Source: Eledone cirrhosa
Lineage: Eukaryota
DNA: 64,000 nt
Assembly: GCA_964016885.1 (NCBI GenBank)
Contig: OZ024743.1
Span: 2,666,001-2,730,000 of the forward strand
Direction: 5' to 3'
Positions 42,530-56,652 of this stretch are shown here, one piece after another. Positions within the stretch are counted from its first letter, which is position 1. The number at the start of each line of letters is the position of its first letter. The notes below the pieces were generated by a model. The model saw only the letters and a program-made list of their open reading frames with translations. It had not been told where the DNA came from and searched no databases. A program made the position numbers and the translations under genes.

Positions 42530-42950
42530 AAAGATGAATGTGGCATGGTGATGGGAATAGAACCAGTAATGAATGTTGTGAATAGACACGGAATGAGATG
42601 GCTAGGTCATATGTTGAGAAAGGATGAAAGTGACTGGATGAGAGGAATATAGCTAGTAATGAATGTTGTGAAGAGAAATAGAATGAGATGGCTGGATCAT
42701 GTATTAGGGAAAGATGAAAGTGACTGGGTACAACGTGTGATGGAAATCAATATGGAAGTAAGTAGAGGTAGGGGAAGACCAAGAAATACATGACTCAACA
42801 TGATGGAGGATGAATTGAATGTCAGCAGAGTTGGTTAGTAAGGAGGGATCTAGATAATAGGGTAAAATGGGAGAAATTTGTCATTGCCCACAAATGTATA
42901 CATGGCTAACCCTGCTTTAGCAGTGATAATGGCCTTAAAACACTTGTTGA
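42530..42950 (+). mobile_element. RTE-like LINE 3' fragment with a ~90-bp tandem duplication
   Basis: RWLGH(M/V)L.KDESDW appears twice, followed by RGRGRPRNT. Confidence 0.65.
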
Positions 42951-43304
42951 AACTGGAGTGAAATATTAGCTTACTGTATATTGCAGAAAAGGTTTATCTT
43001 TCCTATAAAATGTATTTTCAATATCAAAAACAATACCATAACCAAACAGACCTCTTTGGCCACATTTTGATAACATTCTACAACAAATCAGTGTTGATGT
43101 GATAAAGCAGATATTTTTACTGAATATCTTATCAAATAGTTGTAAATGATTGTTTCTGCTAAACACTGTATTCTGATCAATGTGTGCTATCACATTGTCA
43201 TCAAAGATCATATGATAACTGCTGCTTCATATCCTACACAGTTTATGTAAAATAAGTTTAATAAAAAAATTCTGTTGATTAATTGTCTGTAGAGGGTTAA
43301 GATG

Positions 43305-43540
43305 TGAAGGTATGTAGCCATAGGGTGTTGGACTTACAATCATAATGATGTGGGTTTGATTCCTGGACTTCATTTCACATTACTCGTATTCATTCAGCTG
43401 AAAATGAGTACCAGCAGTGGCTAGGAGTTAACCCTACAATAGACTGGCATCCTACCCAGCGGAGAGTCTACTCTGTCACTTAACGCCAAGGAAACTGAGA
43501 TAAACACCAGCCTGATGAGCCTTCATGCTGGGTGGGATAG
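43305..43540 (+). mobile_element. tRNA-derived SINE with V-domain-like segment
   Basis: AACCCTACAATAGACTGGCATCCTACCCAG...GAAACTGAGATAAACACCAGCCTGATGAG. A relative lies at ~57160-57420. Confidence 0.5.
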
Positions 43541-43834
43541 TGGGGAGAATTAACATATTATTTTTGTATACTTGTTTATTTTTCTTAGTGTTAAGGCCGC
43601 AAATTAATAGGGTTGTTAGAGTTTCGAACTAAATGCCTTGGAATTTGTTTCAGCTTTCTGTACTCCGAATTCAAATCCTGCTGGGGCCAGCTTGCTTTCA
43701 TCCTTTTGAGCTTAATAATTAAAATACCAGTCCATGGGCGTTGGGTTGGCAAAATTGTCGAAAAGTTTTCAGTATCTGATCTGTCTGAGTTTTGAGTTTC
43801 AATATCACCTTCTGTCGTTGGAAAAGTGGCAACA

Positions 43835-44190
43835 TCTCTGCCAAGAGTTGCCACCAGCAGATAGTATCAGCAATGGAAGGACCAGTGGAAAAATTGTTTC
43901 CTTGGTTCAATCTGAAGATCAGCTCCTTTCTTCTGCCAGGGAGTTGCAACCAGCAGAAAGTATCATCAATGAAAAGAAGATTTACAGAAACATTATTTCC
44001 ATTGTTCTATCTGACGACTGGTAGATAGTATCAGCAACAGAAAAACCAATGGAAACCTTATTTTCTTGGTCCAATCTAATGATCAGCAGCTTTCTTCTGT
44101 CAGGAATTGTGACCGGCAGATAGTATCAGTAATGAAAAGACTAATGAAAACATAGATTGGTCTGATCCAATGATCAATTCCTTTCCTTTT
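43835..44190 (+). repeat. ~90-bp tandem repeat (4 units)
   Basis: The unit CAGCAGATAGTATCAGCAATGGAAAGACCAATGGAAA..TTTCCTTGGTCCAATCTGA. Monomers also occur after CORE SINE heads at ~18885 and ~36820. Confidence 0.7.
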
Positions 44191-44610
44191 AGCCTAGGAG
44201 GAAAAACAGTGCCCATGACCCTTTTCAAAGCACCTGTAGCTGGTGGGATAGCGGGATGAAAGTATCTTCAAACCAGAGCCTTTACCTGAATGCTTACAAC
44301 AGAGTACCCTCCTTTCAAGGGCATGGTGGTGGGATTAAACTGGATGAAGGTTTAAGACTGGACTGATAATGTTTCCAAAGTTAACAAATGGTCATTAAAC
44401 ATGTATTTGAATAAGTGTTGTTTTTCAGAGCAGACAGTGAGGTTCTATGGAGGATATTATCAGCCAGAAGTTTGTTTTTACAGTGAAAAAATAAAATCGA
44501 CCTTCATTGCTTTCAACAGTGATTGTTCCAATTGTTTGATCGACAGAACAGACTGCTCATGAAATTAACATATAAGTGATTGAGCTTTCCACAGACACGT
44601 GTACCATTAA

Positions 44611-44812
44611 CCCTTTAGCATTTACTATTATGTACTATTGTATTTTTGTAGTAAGGCCTTTATCTCACATAATATTGAATCTATGATATTTTGATGTTAT
44701 TTATTTTGAGAACAATACCTTAACGTCAGTATGAGTGACTGGTTACATTCGGTTTGAACAGAAAGAGGTGAGAGAATTCTGGCCGGATATGGCTGGTTAA
44801 AATGCTAAAGGG
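44611..44812. mobile_element. piggyBac-type MITE (TTAA TSD, 12-bp TIR CCCTTTAGCATT)
   Basis: TTAA|CCCTTTAGCATT...AATGCTAAAGGG|TTAA. A third copy lies at ~59131-59345. Confidence 0.85.
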
Positions 44813-45254
44813 TTAATGTAATTCTTTAGGGAGATTCAACATAACACAGTCTATGGGATAGGCTTCTAAACAGTTTCCTTCCACCCAACTTTACTCACAT
44901 GGCATGAATCAACTTGTAACTATAGTAGATGACACTACACAATATGAGTGAACTTGGTACCTAATGATTGCAAAGTAAACTCCTTAACCATGGGTCATGC
45001 TGTGTTCACACAGTGAGAAAAATGTCAGTTATTGAATTGTTCATTGTTCAATGATTTGATAACTAAGACACCCTGTTTTGATTACTAACCAGGACAGCTA
45101 TTTAATGGTGAATTTGGTTGATTTAGACTTTGTCCACAAATGTTTGATTTCATTTGAACATTGTTAAATTTTATTGAGACACAATTTTTCTCTCTACCTA
45201 CCCAGCTCTCTCTCTCTCTCTCTCTCTCTCTCTACCCAGCTCTTCTACCTACCC

Positions 45255-45312
<58 letters not shown>

Positions 45313-48041
45313 ACCCAGCTTTCTCTCTGCCTATCTAGCTAACTCTCTCTCTCTCTTACAGCAAGTACTAAAATGTTGTACTAAACAGTATTAAAATAAC
45401 TATCTTTTCATGGAGACTATATATGATTGTCTGAAGACATGTGACTTAATGGTTAGGATGTTAGGTCTTTAGATGCCAGGTGGAGCATTATGATCTTAAG
45501 CATAATACTTTATTTCACAATACTCTAGTCTAATCAACTGGAAAAAATGGTTTGTACTTGTAATTCAAAGGGCCTGTCATGTTACACTCTGTCACACTAT
45601 AGTGTCTCTAGGTTTTGAAACCTTAGGTAGCAAGCAACTGTGTTGAGAAATTATAATAATAATAATAATTTCATTTATTGGCAACAAGGGCCGACATGTA
45701 GGGGACAATATAACCTATAATAATAGGTGCTCTGGGAATGATAAAAAACACAGACAAATACATAACCCAAACCCCAGGACTTACAAATATATACAGCATA
45801 CAAAAGATAGCACTACTAGGCACTGCACACATATGAAAAGTACTATCAATACAATAGAAACATCAGCAAAAAGTACACCGCTCATACCCAAGGTGCACAG
45901 CCGTGCTCGGTAAAGTAGTAATGATGCGCAATAAAAATTATAATGGAAATGATGATGATAATAATAATTGTTTCTACTTTTGGCACAACGCCAGCACAAT
46001 TATCCCAGTGCATTACTGGTACTTTATTTTATCGACTCCGTAAGGATGAAAGGCAAAGTTAACCTCGCCGGGATTTGAACTCATAATAATAATATGTGCA
46101 AATTTAGATATTAGCTTTTGATGACTTGCTCTTTTTACTGTTGTGGTATTTGAATGTTACGTAAATTTTAACTAGAATGAAACCCAATCATTCCACATCA
46201 GAACCTGACAGAATTTCTTATTTTATTGCCATACATAGCCTAAAACATTTATTTCTTGCACACATGAAATTATTACTTATTAGACTAGATTAATACTTTT
46301 CATACCAACCCACACAAAACCACCTCTGCTTCTAGAAAACAAAACTCCCTTTTTTAAAAGATTCCTATTTAAATTAAAATCTTACAACATCTTACAACAA
46401 TTTTTTATAAAAATAATTGTTTCTACTTTTGGCACTAGGCCAGCAATTACCCCAATTATTTTATCGACCCTGTAAGGATGAAAGGCAAAGTTAACCTCAG
46501 CAGGATTTGAACTCAAGACGTAAAGGGCCATAACTATGCTGCAAAGCAAGGCATCCAACCCTCTACCGATACTGCCAATCCATAATTTTATATGAAAATA
46601 ATGTTACTCTCTTGGTATTGAAATATGGTAATGAAAGGGTTGGCCCTAAACTGATTCTTGTTCTTTGAAACAAAACCATTCATTTTAAAGGATACTTAGT
46701 TAAATTAAAATCTTACAACATAATTTTACATATAAATAAATTATCCCATCAAGGGTGAAGCATTCATTTTGCTTTTTCTAATGGTTACAATATATACAGC
46801 TCGCTGCACCTGCATACTAATAGATTTCTCCGCTAACTGGAGCAGTTGTACCAATCCATTGTTGAATTAATAGTTAATCATCTGTGAAGCTACTGGTGTT
46901 CATAATGCCATGGTCACCTAATTAAACTGATGATCATCACACGAGCAGGGTTTTTTTTTAAGCTTACTCTTCTCGATCCGACTTGTTCTACTAGACTATC
47001 CTATGATAGTCATATCAGAAGCACCTCGTATAAGATGCAGCTTTTCACTGCACAGGTCAGTCTTCGAACTGAGAGAGGCTAAGTGCTCAGCTTGAATGCG
47101 AATATATTGTATGTCATCAGTTTGCTGAGTGGTATGTTGAACAGACACTGGGACACACAGGGACGTCACAAAAGACCAACCAGTGAAATCTACTACACCT
47201 CTGCACACTCTTCAATTAACATATACTTATTTATTCACCCACATGATATATACATATATACACACTTAGGTTTCGTTTTTCATCCTTCCAGGTGTCCAAA
47301 ATCACACTCCTCACTAAGCAAACTTGGGGGGGTTTCCAGTTTAGTCGCCGACGACCCAACCATATGACAAGTCACTCATGAGTGCTACTGGTAACATGTA
47401 ACCTGTAAATAGAAAATAATTTTAGTAAATCACTCAAACATTTTTATTAATTAAATGAAGTAGAATGTATTTCATTAAAAATGCGGTTGTTAAAATCTTC
47501 CAATATTTTATATAAGAACCATACTTTAAGTTACTATCTTAGTAATGAAATAATAAATAATTTAAGTAAATCGCTCAAAAGTATTCATTAATTAATTGAA
47601 ATTGAATATATTTCATTAGAAGTACCATCCTGAAATAGTTAATATCTAGAATGAAGTTTTTCAAGCAATTTATTAATTACCAATGGTAAAATATCCGTGT
47701 GTAGTCTTCAATATTTGACTATTTACTGTTCCTGCTACTAGGACTTTAGTTGTATTTACTTAATATCCTGTTGTACTTGTGCTTCACTTCATAGCATATT
47801 TCAACAATTCACACTGTGTACGCTGATAACTTTAATCTAACAAAACCATAACATGTCCTATCTGAATGCTAAATATAGTTATATAAATAGAATTTGAACA
47901 CTTTTTGAAAATTCAAAATAAAACAGATTTGTTGTCTGGTTCCAACCTTCATATTTAAGATTGTAGTTATTAAGTATGTCTTTAGATAAAGCACTGCCTT
48001 TCCTTTTTTTTTTTAAATTAATATATATATATATATATACA

Positions 48042-48428
48042 TGGAGGCACATGACTTAGTGGTTAGAGCATTGGCCTTGCAATCGAAAGGTTGTGAGTTC
48101 AATTCTCAGACCGGGTGATGTGTTGTTTCCTTGAGCAAGACACTTTATTTCACATTGCTCCAGTTTACTCAGCTGTAGAAATGAGATGATAGGGACTGGG
48201 GTCCCTATCATTCCACTGTAAAGTGGTCGTGGAGGTGCCACGGCAAAAAAGCACCCAGCCCACACTGTAAAGTGGTCGTGGAGGTGCCACGGCTAAAAAG
48301 CACCCAGCACTCACTGTAAATGAGGTTGGTGTTAGGAAGGGCATCCAGCTGTAGAAATCAAGCCAGAATCAGTTCCCGTCCCACCCTTGCAAGCAGGGAA
48401 AAGCGGACGTGAAATGAAATGAAATGAT
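48042..48428 (+). mobile_element. Full-length CORE-type SINE with RTE-like tail
   Basis: A and B boxes, CORE-like domain, an internal ~46-bp duplication, and an (AAATG)n end. Confidence 0.85.
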
Positions 48429-48554
48429 ATATGTGTGTGTGTGTGTGTTCATCAGAGTTTGGTTCTCAGCTCACTGCTGTTCATTATAGCTTTCCAGGCC
48501 ATAACAGAAGAGTTTAAGACTGGCTGTCCATAGGAACTTCTCTATTTGGATTAT

Positions 48555-49440
48555 CTGGTCCTTATAGCTGAATCCATTAAAGAACTAAAGAATAAGTTCA
48601 GACTGTGGAATCAAAAGAGCTGAAAGTAAACTTACCCAAAACTTAAATGTTAGTAAGTAGAAAAGGAGATAGGATCCCGATTCCTTCAGGGGAGTGCTGC
48701 TGCTCAATTTGTAGAAAAGGATAAGCATAAACTCTATACGATGTATACAATGTAAATCTTTGGTACACAAGAGATGTAGTGCGATAACAGGTAGACTAAC
48801 AGGAAGGGAAGACTTTGTATGCAGAAGATGCGCAGGGGTAATCAATGGGAAGAGCATCAGTGATATAAATCTTTTCCAATCCCATGAAGAATCCATAGAA
48901 GTGGTTGATAGGTTCTGTTATCTAAGTGACCTAATTAGCAGTGGAAATGGGTGCTCCGAGAGTATAATAGCTAGAATAAGAATAAGATGGAAGAAGTTTA
49001 GAGAGCTACTCCCACTGTTGACCACAAAAGGACAACTGTATGACACATATGTAGGCTGGAGAGAAATGAAGTAACCATGCTTTGTTGGATATGCAATGTA
49101 AATGTGAGGGAAAAGCAGAGCTTGCAAGAACTAAGGGAGAAATTAGGTTTAAGAGGAATCTGAAGTGGTGTGCAAGAGAGAAGACTGTGTTGGTACAGAG
49201 GTGATGCATATGGATGATGATCGCTGAGTGACGAAGTGTCAGAAAATCCCAGTAGAAGGAAGCCGTAGTAGAGGTAGACCAAGGAAGACCTGAGCGGAGG
49301 TGGTGAGAGCTTTTCTCTAATCGCTGAAACTCACAGAGGAAATAACAACGGAACATGATAAGTAGAGATATACTGTACTGGAAAGGACCCATCCAACCCA
49401 TGCAAGCATGGAAAAACAGATGTAAAAATGATGATGATGA
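48555..49440 (+). mobile_element. Decayed RTE LINE 3' part
   Basis: VHKRCSAITGRLT..CRRC..VVDRFCYL.DLISSG.GC.ESIIARIRIRWKKFRELLPLL is homologous to 14600-14900. It ends in (GAT)n. Confidence 0.8.
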
Positions 49441-52400
49441 TATAGTGTTGTATTTCTATTTAGGATAAGCAATAGATGAAATGAGCTACTGAATTGTTAT
49501 TGTTGTTTAGCCCAACTCAACTCTGACACAGCTGAAGATTCTAGCCATAGCTATCATTATCATGTCCACTTTTCCTTACTGACTTGGATTTGACAGGATG
49601 TTTTGAGGCATTTTCCAGCTAGATGCCCTTCATGATGCCAGCCCTTTTAGTCATCTCATATAACACGCAAAGATATGGTGTACTTATTCTAAACTATTTT
49701 TATAGTTAAGGCACTATGTAGAGGCTCTCTTTGTTTACTTGTTCAGCTTTCAAATTTAACCCTTTCATTACCATATTTCCTGTCATAGATTCTTATGTAA
49801 TAGAATTAATGAAAAACTTGAAGGATTTACTAGAATTATTACGATAGTATTTGTAACATAATTTAAAAAGTTCTTATATCAAATTATGTTAGTAAATTTT
49901 TTATTTGAAAAGAAACCCTTTAACATGAGGGGGGGGGGGGGGCTTCTATTTGCATAGTACCAGAGGAGGTTTTAGCCAGGTTAGTAATAAAAGAGTTACC
50001 CTTGGTGTGAACATATTTTTAATAAAAAAACATTCTACAGACACGTGTTCCCCTAATGTAATCTCCATGAAAATTCTGTATAATACAGGATGTGATAAAG
50101 ATGACCCTTTTGAATTACTGATACAACACATTTTTTTCTGGCTGAGTAGAACAACATAAAACAAAGTGTCTTGCTAGTAGACACAATGCACCACCAGGAA
50201 TCAAATTCCTGACCTTACAATTGTGAACTGAAGAGCCTAACCACAAAGCCACTCCACTTCACACTGATTTATATAATTCTATAATTCTTACCAATACCTT
50301 TCTTCTACAATTACTTGGAGTACAATGGTGATAGTTTGTCTAGATTGATACTATAATCTCTATTAGTTTTTGATAATTCTTCTATATTAAAAAAAAAAAT
50401 GTTATACTGAAGTCGAGCAATACACATTTGAAAAATACATCAACTTGACTAAAGTTGCATTTCAAAATCATATCAACATAGATTATTATTTAAAGGTTAT
50501 GGTATGATTTAGTTTAATCTTTGTATTTGATGATAGCAGATGTTTTGGAAATTCTCTCTTGTGAGTGAGAGCTATCTTGATTATGCAAGATTTCTCTTTG
50601 AATATAGATAACTCCACAATAAGTCATTGACCTAGGAAAAATATTAACTCTTAATATCTTGTAATGATTTAGCAGAAAATATCTAAAACAAGTCTGTTAA
50701 TTCAAATGTTTATTGTATCTTTACTATTAGACAGATCATTGTGAAAATTTGTAATATTTACATTCTTACCATCTGGTAATGATTTAGCGGAATATCTAAA
50801 AACATTTGTTGATTCAAATATTTATGCTGTCTTTACTACTGGACAAATTGTGAAAATTTTCAATATTATACTTAAGATTTCAGTTTTTAATGTAATGTAG
50901 TCATGCTAAAAAGTGATGTTGCATCTATGTAAGTTATTCATTAACTTTTAATATCCTGCCATGATTTAACAGAAAATATCTAAAAATGCGTTTGTTGATT
51001 CAAATGTTCGTAGCATCTTTACTGGTAGACAAAATGTGAAAATCTGCAATATTAAAGTAAAGACCTACATTTTATTTTAGTGCAATCACAATAGTTTTGA
51101 AGTTTTCAAGAATGCCCTGCTACTGTGGTTTCATCTGGTACAGTGAATATCTTTGTTTCATTGCCATCAATTTGACTTTTATATTCTCACCTGTATTTAT
51201 TGCTGTTGTTGTTGTTTTTTATATTTCTTTTTAACAATCTACAAGGAAGTAGTAATAAGTCATAATAGTTGTTTCTAATTTAGCCACACAGTCAGCAATT
51301 TGGGAACAGGGGAGGGAAATTGATTACATTGGCACCAATACTTGACTGGTATTTGATTTTTATCAATCCTGGAAGGATGATAGACAAAGTTGACCTCCTT
51401 CAGATTTAATTTCAGAGCCAAGTTTAATCCAATCCTTGCTAGCAAGGAAAACAGACATTAAACGATAATCATGAACTTAAAAAATGTTACTTCGATAAAA
51501 TACAAAAAGTAGTTGAAAGTAAGGCCAAAATTTAGGTTAAATATTTCCCGTATTTGATATTTTACAATCTAGTCTGTAGCAGGGGGCACTCTTGAAATGT
51601 CTTTTCTCATAGACATTCTAGCAGTGTAGCAAGCTATATTAGGAACCAGATAACAATTATAGTTAAAAAGCATCCAGCCCACACTGTAAGATGGTTGTGA
51701 TGGCGACACAGCAAAAAGTGCTTAGCCCACACTGTAAAGTGGTTGTGTAGGTGTCACATCAAAAAGCACCCAGTCCACACTGTAAAGTGATCGTGTAGGC
51801 GTTGCGACAAAAAGCATCCAGTACTCACTGTACCAAGCCAGAAATCAGTTGTATGAGCAAGACGTGGTCACCTGACCTGGCATTGCTCACAATAGGATAA
51901 CTCGTATAACCCATGCCAGTATGGAAAATGGGCGTTAAATGGTGATGATGATGATAGTTGAAATGATCATGTATATTTGAGTAGGATGAGGTAACACTTT
52001 TTTTTTTTTTTTTTTTTATATCTGCTTGCAAGGATTTAGCAGAAAGTATCCATAAACAGGTTTGTTAATTCAAGTGTTGTGAAAATGTTCAGTTTTAGGG
52101 TAAATACTTGTTAATGTGATGCAGTCATAGTGCTGTTTTGTACTTTTCAAGAATGTCTTGCTAATGTGGCTTCATGTGGTTTGTTAATTGAAATGTTTAT
52201 AGTATTTTTACTAGTGGACAAATTATTGTGAATATTTTTAGTGCCAGAGTAAAGACTTTAAATTTTAATGTGGTGATATGTGATGCAGGATGTTAAGAGT
52301 TAAAGTATTGGAGGATGTTAGCATTAAAAAAGCTAAATGTTAATACAATAATTTGCACTATAAACTACAGTATACCCTTTCTTTGGGCATAGATACATGT

Positions 52401-54217
52401 TGTTAATGTTGTGGTATGGAAATTATAATTTCTCAAAAATGTTATCACTGTGTTAATATATTTTCTTAGATATGATTAACCCTCTCCACTCAAGAATTTT
52501 ATTTTATAGGCATTTCTTATTTAGAAAAGATACATAGAGAAAATGTTGTGTATTTGTTGAAACCAAGATTATCATTTATTTTCATTTTCAATCCTCCATG
52601 AAGTTCCAACTCTAATTCATCACCATAATCATCATTTTATGTCTGTTTTCCACCTAGGTATGGGTTGGATGAGTTGTCATGCTCTGTTACTAGAGGGGAC
52701 AGGATGACCTCCTCTTGCTTGTACATTCCATATTTGGCATGGTTTCTCTGGCCAGATGCCCATCCTAATGCCAACAACTTTACTGGGTGCCTTTTATTAT
52801 GGCACCAGCACTAGAGAGGTTGTCAGATGTTCCCCTAAACTGAAGAATTCTTTTAAACCATATAGTGTGTCTCTAGTTACTCTCCCTCCTATTTATTCTC
52901 TACATTCATCAGTCTCTCCAGGCTTTCTTTTGAGTATTGGTCGTACTAAATGCACCAGTGTCATTTCTAACACACTTTTCCTCAACAACATCATTACTCA
53001 CACTGACACACTGCCTTGCGATGCGGAACTCTTCACGTCTCTGATCCTCACATTGCAAGACATTGGCAAACTTTCTTTTTTCAGCTTATCTCCAAGCTGC
53101 ATATACTTGTTGTCTAGCTTCTCTTTTAGCTATCCTGTGCCGATCTCTGCTACTCCCATTTTCCAGTCTTTCCATGCCAGAGTTAATTAATAGAAATGTC
53201 TCTTGGCTTTAATGGCTCTATCCACTGAGCTGTCCCACCATCAAGTCACCCTCTGTCTGGCTGGGAATGAAAACCATTCTAAGTGGACTGTGTGTTGTTG
53301 GCAATGATGAGTCTTTGTCAGTAACCCTAAAATGTTATGGTCCTGCATCTTTTTTTGTGTACCATTTTATTCTAAGCTTTTTTATATTAAACTGCCTGAA
53401 ACTGACTTTGGTTTTATGATACAAAATTGCTTGTTTTAATGTGTTTATATATATCTAAAAAACCGTCCATCATAATTTTATATATGAACCCTTGTTATGT
53501 TCCAAACACCAACTTAACCATGAGAAAATTAGTTATATTATATATATTATTTGAAAAAATCATAAGCAGGAATCAAACTCACAACATAATAGTGGGCCAA
53601 ATATTCTAGCTACTAACTCATATGATTTCACATCAATACATTTAATTGATTTTGTTTGTAAGTTTAATAGCAACTTACTAATCGTTACTATACATCATCA
53701 TCATATATTTCTTTTTTTGCTATTATGGGTTGTATAGGTCTTCAGTACAAAACATTGCCACTTTTGGTCCTGAATATTTTTATTCTTCTACTGGTTTATT
53801 TCTGACTGCAGTCATTCTCGGGTTTAGCAAATAATTCTGTTAAGTTGAATGTGAGCTCTTTTTTAAATTGTTTCATAATAAAAATTGTTAGCTTTCCCTT
53901 TTCCTATTTTTTAAACTTTAAACTTTAGCATTGACATTTGTTTTGAGATGGTAAAACTCCATCTTAATTACATAACAAAACCATAAAAACAGAGGTTATG
54001 AATGCTGAACTTCATTATTAATATCAGCTTTCTTAACCCTTATAGGGAGAACAGACATTAAATGATGGGGATGATTCCTAATGAAATATACTGCCTATAA
54101 GTTTGAAACCATTTTGAAAATAATCAATTATTTGAAATTATTTAGTATTATAACTAATTTTCTCATAATCTAACAGGTGTTTGGAGCATAACATGACAAA
54201 GGTTTTACATAAAATTA

Positions 54218-54407
54218 TAATTGTTTCTACTTTAGGCACAAGGCCAGCAATTACCCAGTGCATTACTGGTACTTTATTTTATCGACCCCGTAAGGATGAA
54301 AGGCAAAGTCAACCTCGGCGGGATTTGAACTCAGATCGTAAAGGGACGTAACTATGCTGGAAAGCATGGTGCCCGACCCTCTACCGATACTGCCAATCCA
54401 CCGCCCA
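54218..54407 (-). mobile_element. Young Meta-like SINE with a 13-14 bp TSD, inserted in a MITE
   Basis: CATAAAATTATAAT occurs at 54208-54221 and 54406-54419. The element is near-identical to 2560-2748. Confidence 0.85.
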
Positions 54408-55785
54408 TAAAATTATAATGGAAGCTTTTTAGATAAATATAAACACTTCAAAATAAACAGTCTTATATCATAAAACCAGGGGTGGTTTGAGGCGGCTTGG
54501 TTTCAAAAGAGTTAAAGGTCTGAGAGGAATGTTTTAATACCTCTCTCTGTTGACAATAGCAAAAGCTATGATCACACCAACAAATACTGCAATCAGATGT
54601 ACATTTGGTAAAAATCACATCTATCAATGAGATCAGTATCTACTATGCACCTGACAAAATTTGCAGTTAGAGCCTGTGTAGATTTAATTGGCCTTTTATA
54701 AGGTTGCATCTCATAGGAAGTTTCTTGGGTGCTTTAACGATAGGGGCCTCAGTCCTATCACTATTTAGTTGAGTTAATATCACATTTGTTCTTGGAAACT
54801 GATAATTGTAATAAAAAAACTTTTTGATACCAAAACTACCTAAAAGTGCTTCAGATTCTATGATACAAAACTGTTGATTTTGAAGTATATGTCTAAAAAG
54901 CTTCCATCATAATTTTATGTAAGTACTTTTATGTAATTTTCTAATTACCAACTTAATAATGTTAAAGATAGTTCTATGACTAAATCCCTCTAGATTCTTG
55001 ATTATATTTTTATTTATTTGAAAATCATAGGCAGTGCCTTTCATTAGAAATGTGGTAATGAAAGGGTTAATGACATAGGTAGCGTTTTTCATTAGAAATA
55101 TGGTAATGAAAAGGTTAGACATAGGCAGTCTTTCATTAGAAATATGGTAATGACATTGTTAAACTTTCATGTATTTTACCTCTTAAAATATCAAAGAGAA
55201 TATCATTCAATATTCTTGTTATGTATACAATCCAACATTCCTATACCTTGCTAGTATTCTATCTATGCCAAATATTTTTTTATAAAATTCAGCTGTTTAA
55301 CTCTTAACATCTTGTACCACATGAAATCCCATTAGCAAAACATTCTTCAAAGGTACAAAATATCACTGTCTGCAGCACATTGAAAACTAGACTTTATTAC
55401 TGGTCCTTGGCCTTAGTGCAAAGTAAAAGTCTGTCTATCATTATGACTTAATCAAATGAAGGGCAGTGCTTATAGTCATATGCAGAACCTCAAAGATTGG
55501 TGGAGAGGGAAAGAAACAAAGAAATCATAACTGATGGTTTATCTTCAGACAGAAGTACTACTCTGAATACTTGCTACAGAGTGATGAACTCTGCTGAAGA
55601 CAACTGTCAGATGATGGTGTTAACTTTTGATACCAATCCAGTCAAAACCAAATCTGGTTCTATGAAACAAAAACTACCCATTTGAACTCAATGTCCTGTA
55701 CCACATGAAACCACATTAGCAAGACATTCTTGAAAAGTAGAAAACAGTACTACAACAGCATCACATTGAAAATGAAAGTCTTTAA

Positions 55786-56116
55786 TGGAGGCACATGGCT
55801 TAGTGGTTAGAGCATTGGGCTTGCAATCGAAAGGTTGTGAGTTCATTTCTCAGACCGGGTGATGTGTTGTTTCCTTGAGCAAGACACTTTATTTCACATT
55901 GCTCCAGTTTACTCAGCTGTAGAAATGAGATGATAGGGACGGGTCCCTATCATTTCACTGCAAAGTGGTCATGGAAGTGCCACGGCAAAAAAGCACCCAG
56001 CACTCACTGTAAATGAGGTTGGTGTTAGGAAGGGCATCCAGCTGTAAAAATCAAGCCAGAATCAGTTCCCGTCCCACCCTTGCAAGCAGGGAAAAGCGGA
56101 CGTAAAATGATGATGA
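55786..56116 (+). mobile_element. Full-length CORE-type SINE inserted in a TTAA-MITE
   Basis: Near-identical to 818-1150. The MITE sequence resumes on both sides. Confidence 0.85.
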
Positions 56117-56439
56117 TTGCTCTAATACTGCAAATTTTCACAAAGGTCTGTCCACTAGTAAAGATACTATAAACATTCTGATTAACAAACTCATTTTTAG
56201 ACATTTCCCTAAATCATTACATCCCCATAAGCAGATTTCCTTTTGAAAGATAAATGTCAAGTGTTTTATGAGAATATTTTAACAAGAAGTGTAGGGTTAA
56301 TTAAAAAAAAAACATTCATTCTAATCTGTCATGAAATTCCATTTTTAGCCTTAGATTTTTATAAAACTTAATTTAGCAGTGTAAGGGCAGTACCCATGAT
56401 TTATTTTGGGGTTTTCATGACTGGAACGAGTTGTCTGGA

Positions 56440-56652
56440 GACTTAACCCAAATATATTCAACAGGCTGAATTCTGTTAAAAAAAAAACCTCTAGAAGCTC
56501 AGTGGTGGTGCTATTAAGCCAAAACTTCTAACAGACTAAATTCTGATAAGAGCCTCCAGACGCTCTGTGGTGGTGTTATTATATCAGTACTTTCAACATA
56601 CTAAATTCTGCTAAAAGCCTCCAGAGGCTCAGTGGTGATGCTATTAAACCAG
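56440..56652 (+). repeat. ~62-bp tandem repeat (3 units)
   Basis: The unit CAACAGACTAAATTCTG..AAGCCTCCAGAGGCTCAGTGGTGGTGCTATTAA. Confidence 0.7.

Noticed and set aside
42966-43300. 81-aa ORF ending at a GTAAG donor-like site, a possible host exon
   Set aside because: There is no convincing in-frame acceptor. The FDDNVIAHI segment and the adjacent GGGTTAA look more like a decayed piggyBac fragment.
43490-43530. GAAAC...CTGATGAG as a permuted hammerhead
   Set aside because: It is part of a SINE central domain and the required helices do not form.
48042-48115. tRNA-like sequence
   Set aside because: It is a SINE head with A and B boxes that continues into CORE and tail domains, not a standalone tRNA gene.
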